Origin: a phage
Sequence record: PZ452583.1
DNA length: 64,000 bases
Strand: one strand, 5' to 3'
The notes beneath the pieces were generated by a model, which was not told where the DNA came from, searched no databases, and saw only the letters and a list, made by a program, of their open reading frames with translations. The first letter of the stretch is position 1; each line of letters begins with the position of its first letter. The position numbers were made by a program, and so were the translations under genes. Below are positions 60,864-64,000 of the stretch, one piece after another.

Positions 60864-64000
<3,137 letters not shown>

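Overview
This 64-kb window is a contiguous piece of a T4-like (T-even, Tequatrovirus-type) myovirus genome, close to but not identical to T4 (lysozyme e differs from the T4 sequence I recall at only two residues, while denV and the tRNA set are clearly different). Positions 1-43,400 are a dense minus-strand early/middle block: gene 46 (partial), 47, a-gt, 55, nrdH/nrdG/nrdD (intronless), 49, pin, nrdC plus eleven downstream accessory ORFs, rI, tk, regB, a GrcA-like glycyl-radical protein, denV, e, nudE, a ten-tRNA array abutted by an HNH endonuclease, 57B (Acb1-like), 57A, and genes 1, 3, 2, 4. Positions 43,400-64,000 are the plus-strand late baseplate/neck/packaging block: 53, 5, 5.1, 5.4, 6, 7, 8, 9, 10, 11, 12, wac, 13, 14, 15, 16 and the first 610 codons of 17. 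Regulatory signals are readable directly: T4-type early promoters (GTTTAC, 18 bp, TATAAT-like), late promoters (TATAAATA) and GC-rich tetraloop terminator hairpins. The most interesting content is in the accessory regions: three genes with a T4 internal-protein capsid-targeting N-terminus, two of them sitting in direct-repeat-flanked cassettes; an AAA+ ATPase plus nucleotidyltransferase-fold pair; a run of coiled-coil-tailed proteins; a macro-domain protein; and early promoters embedded in hairpins that sequester the downstream ribosome-binding site. Product names come from my recollection of T4 proteins, from motifs I can read in the translations, and from synteny; no database search was run. 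Coordinates of non-CDS features were counted by hand and may be off by 1-2 bp. Several ORF-track starts were alternative-codon or promoter read-through extensions and have been trimmed to the first plausible ATG.
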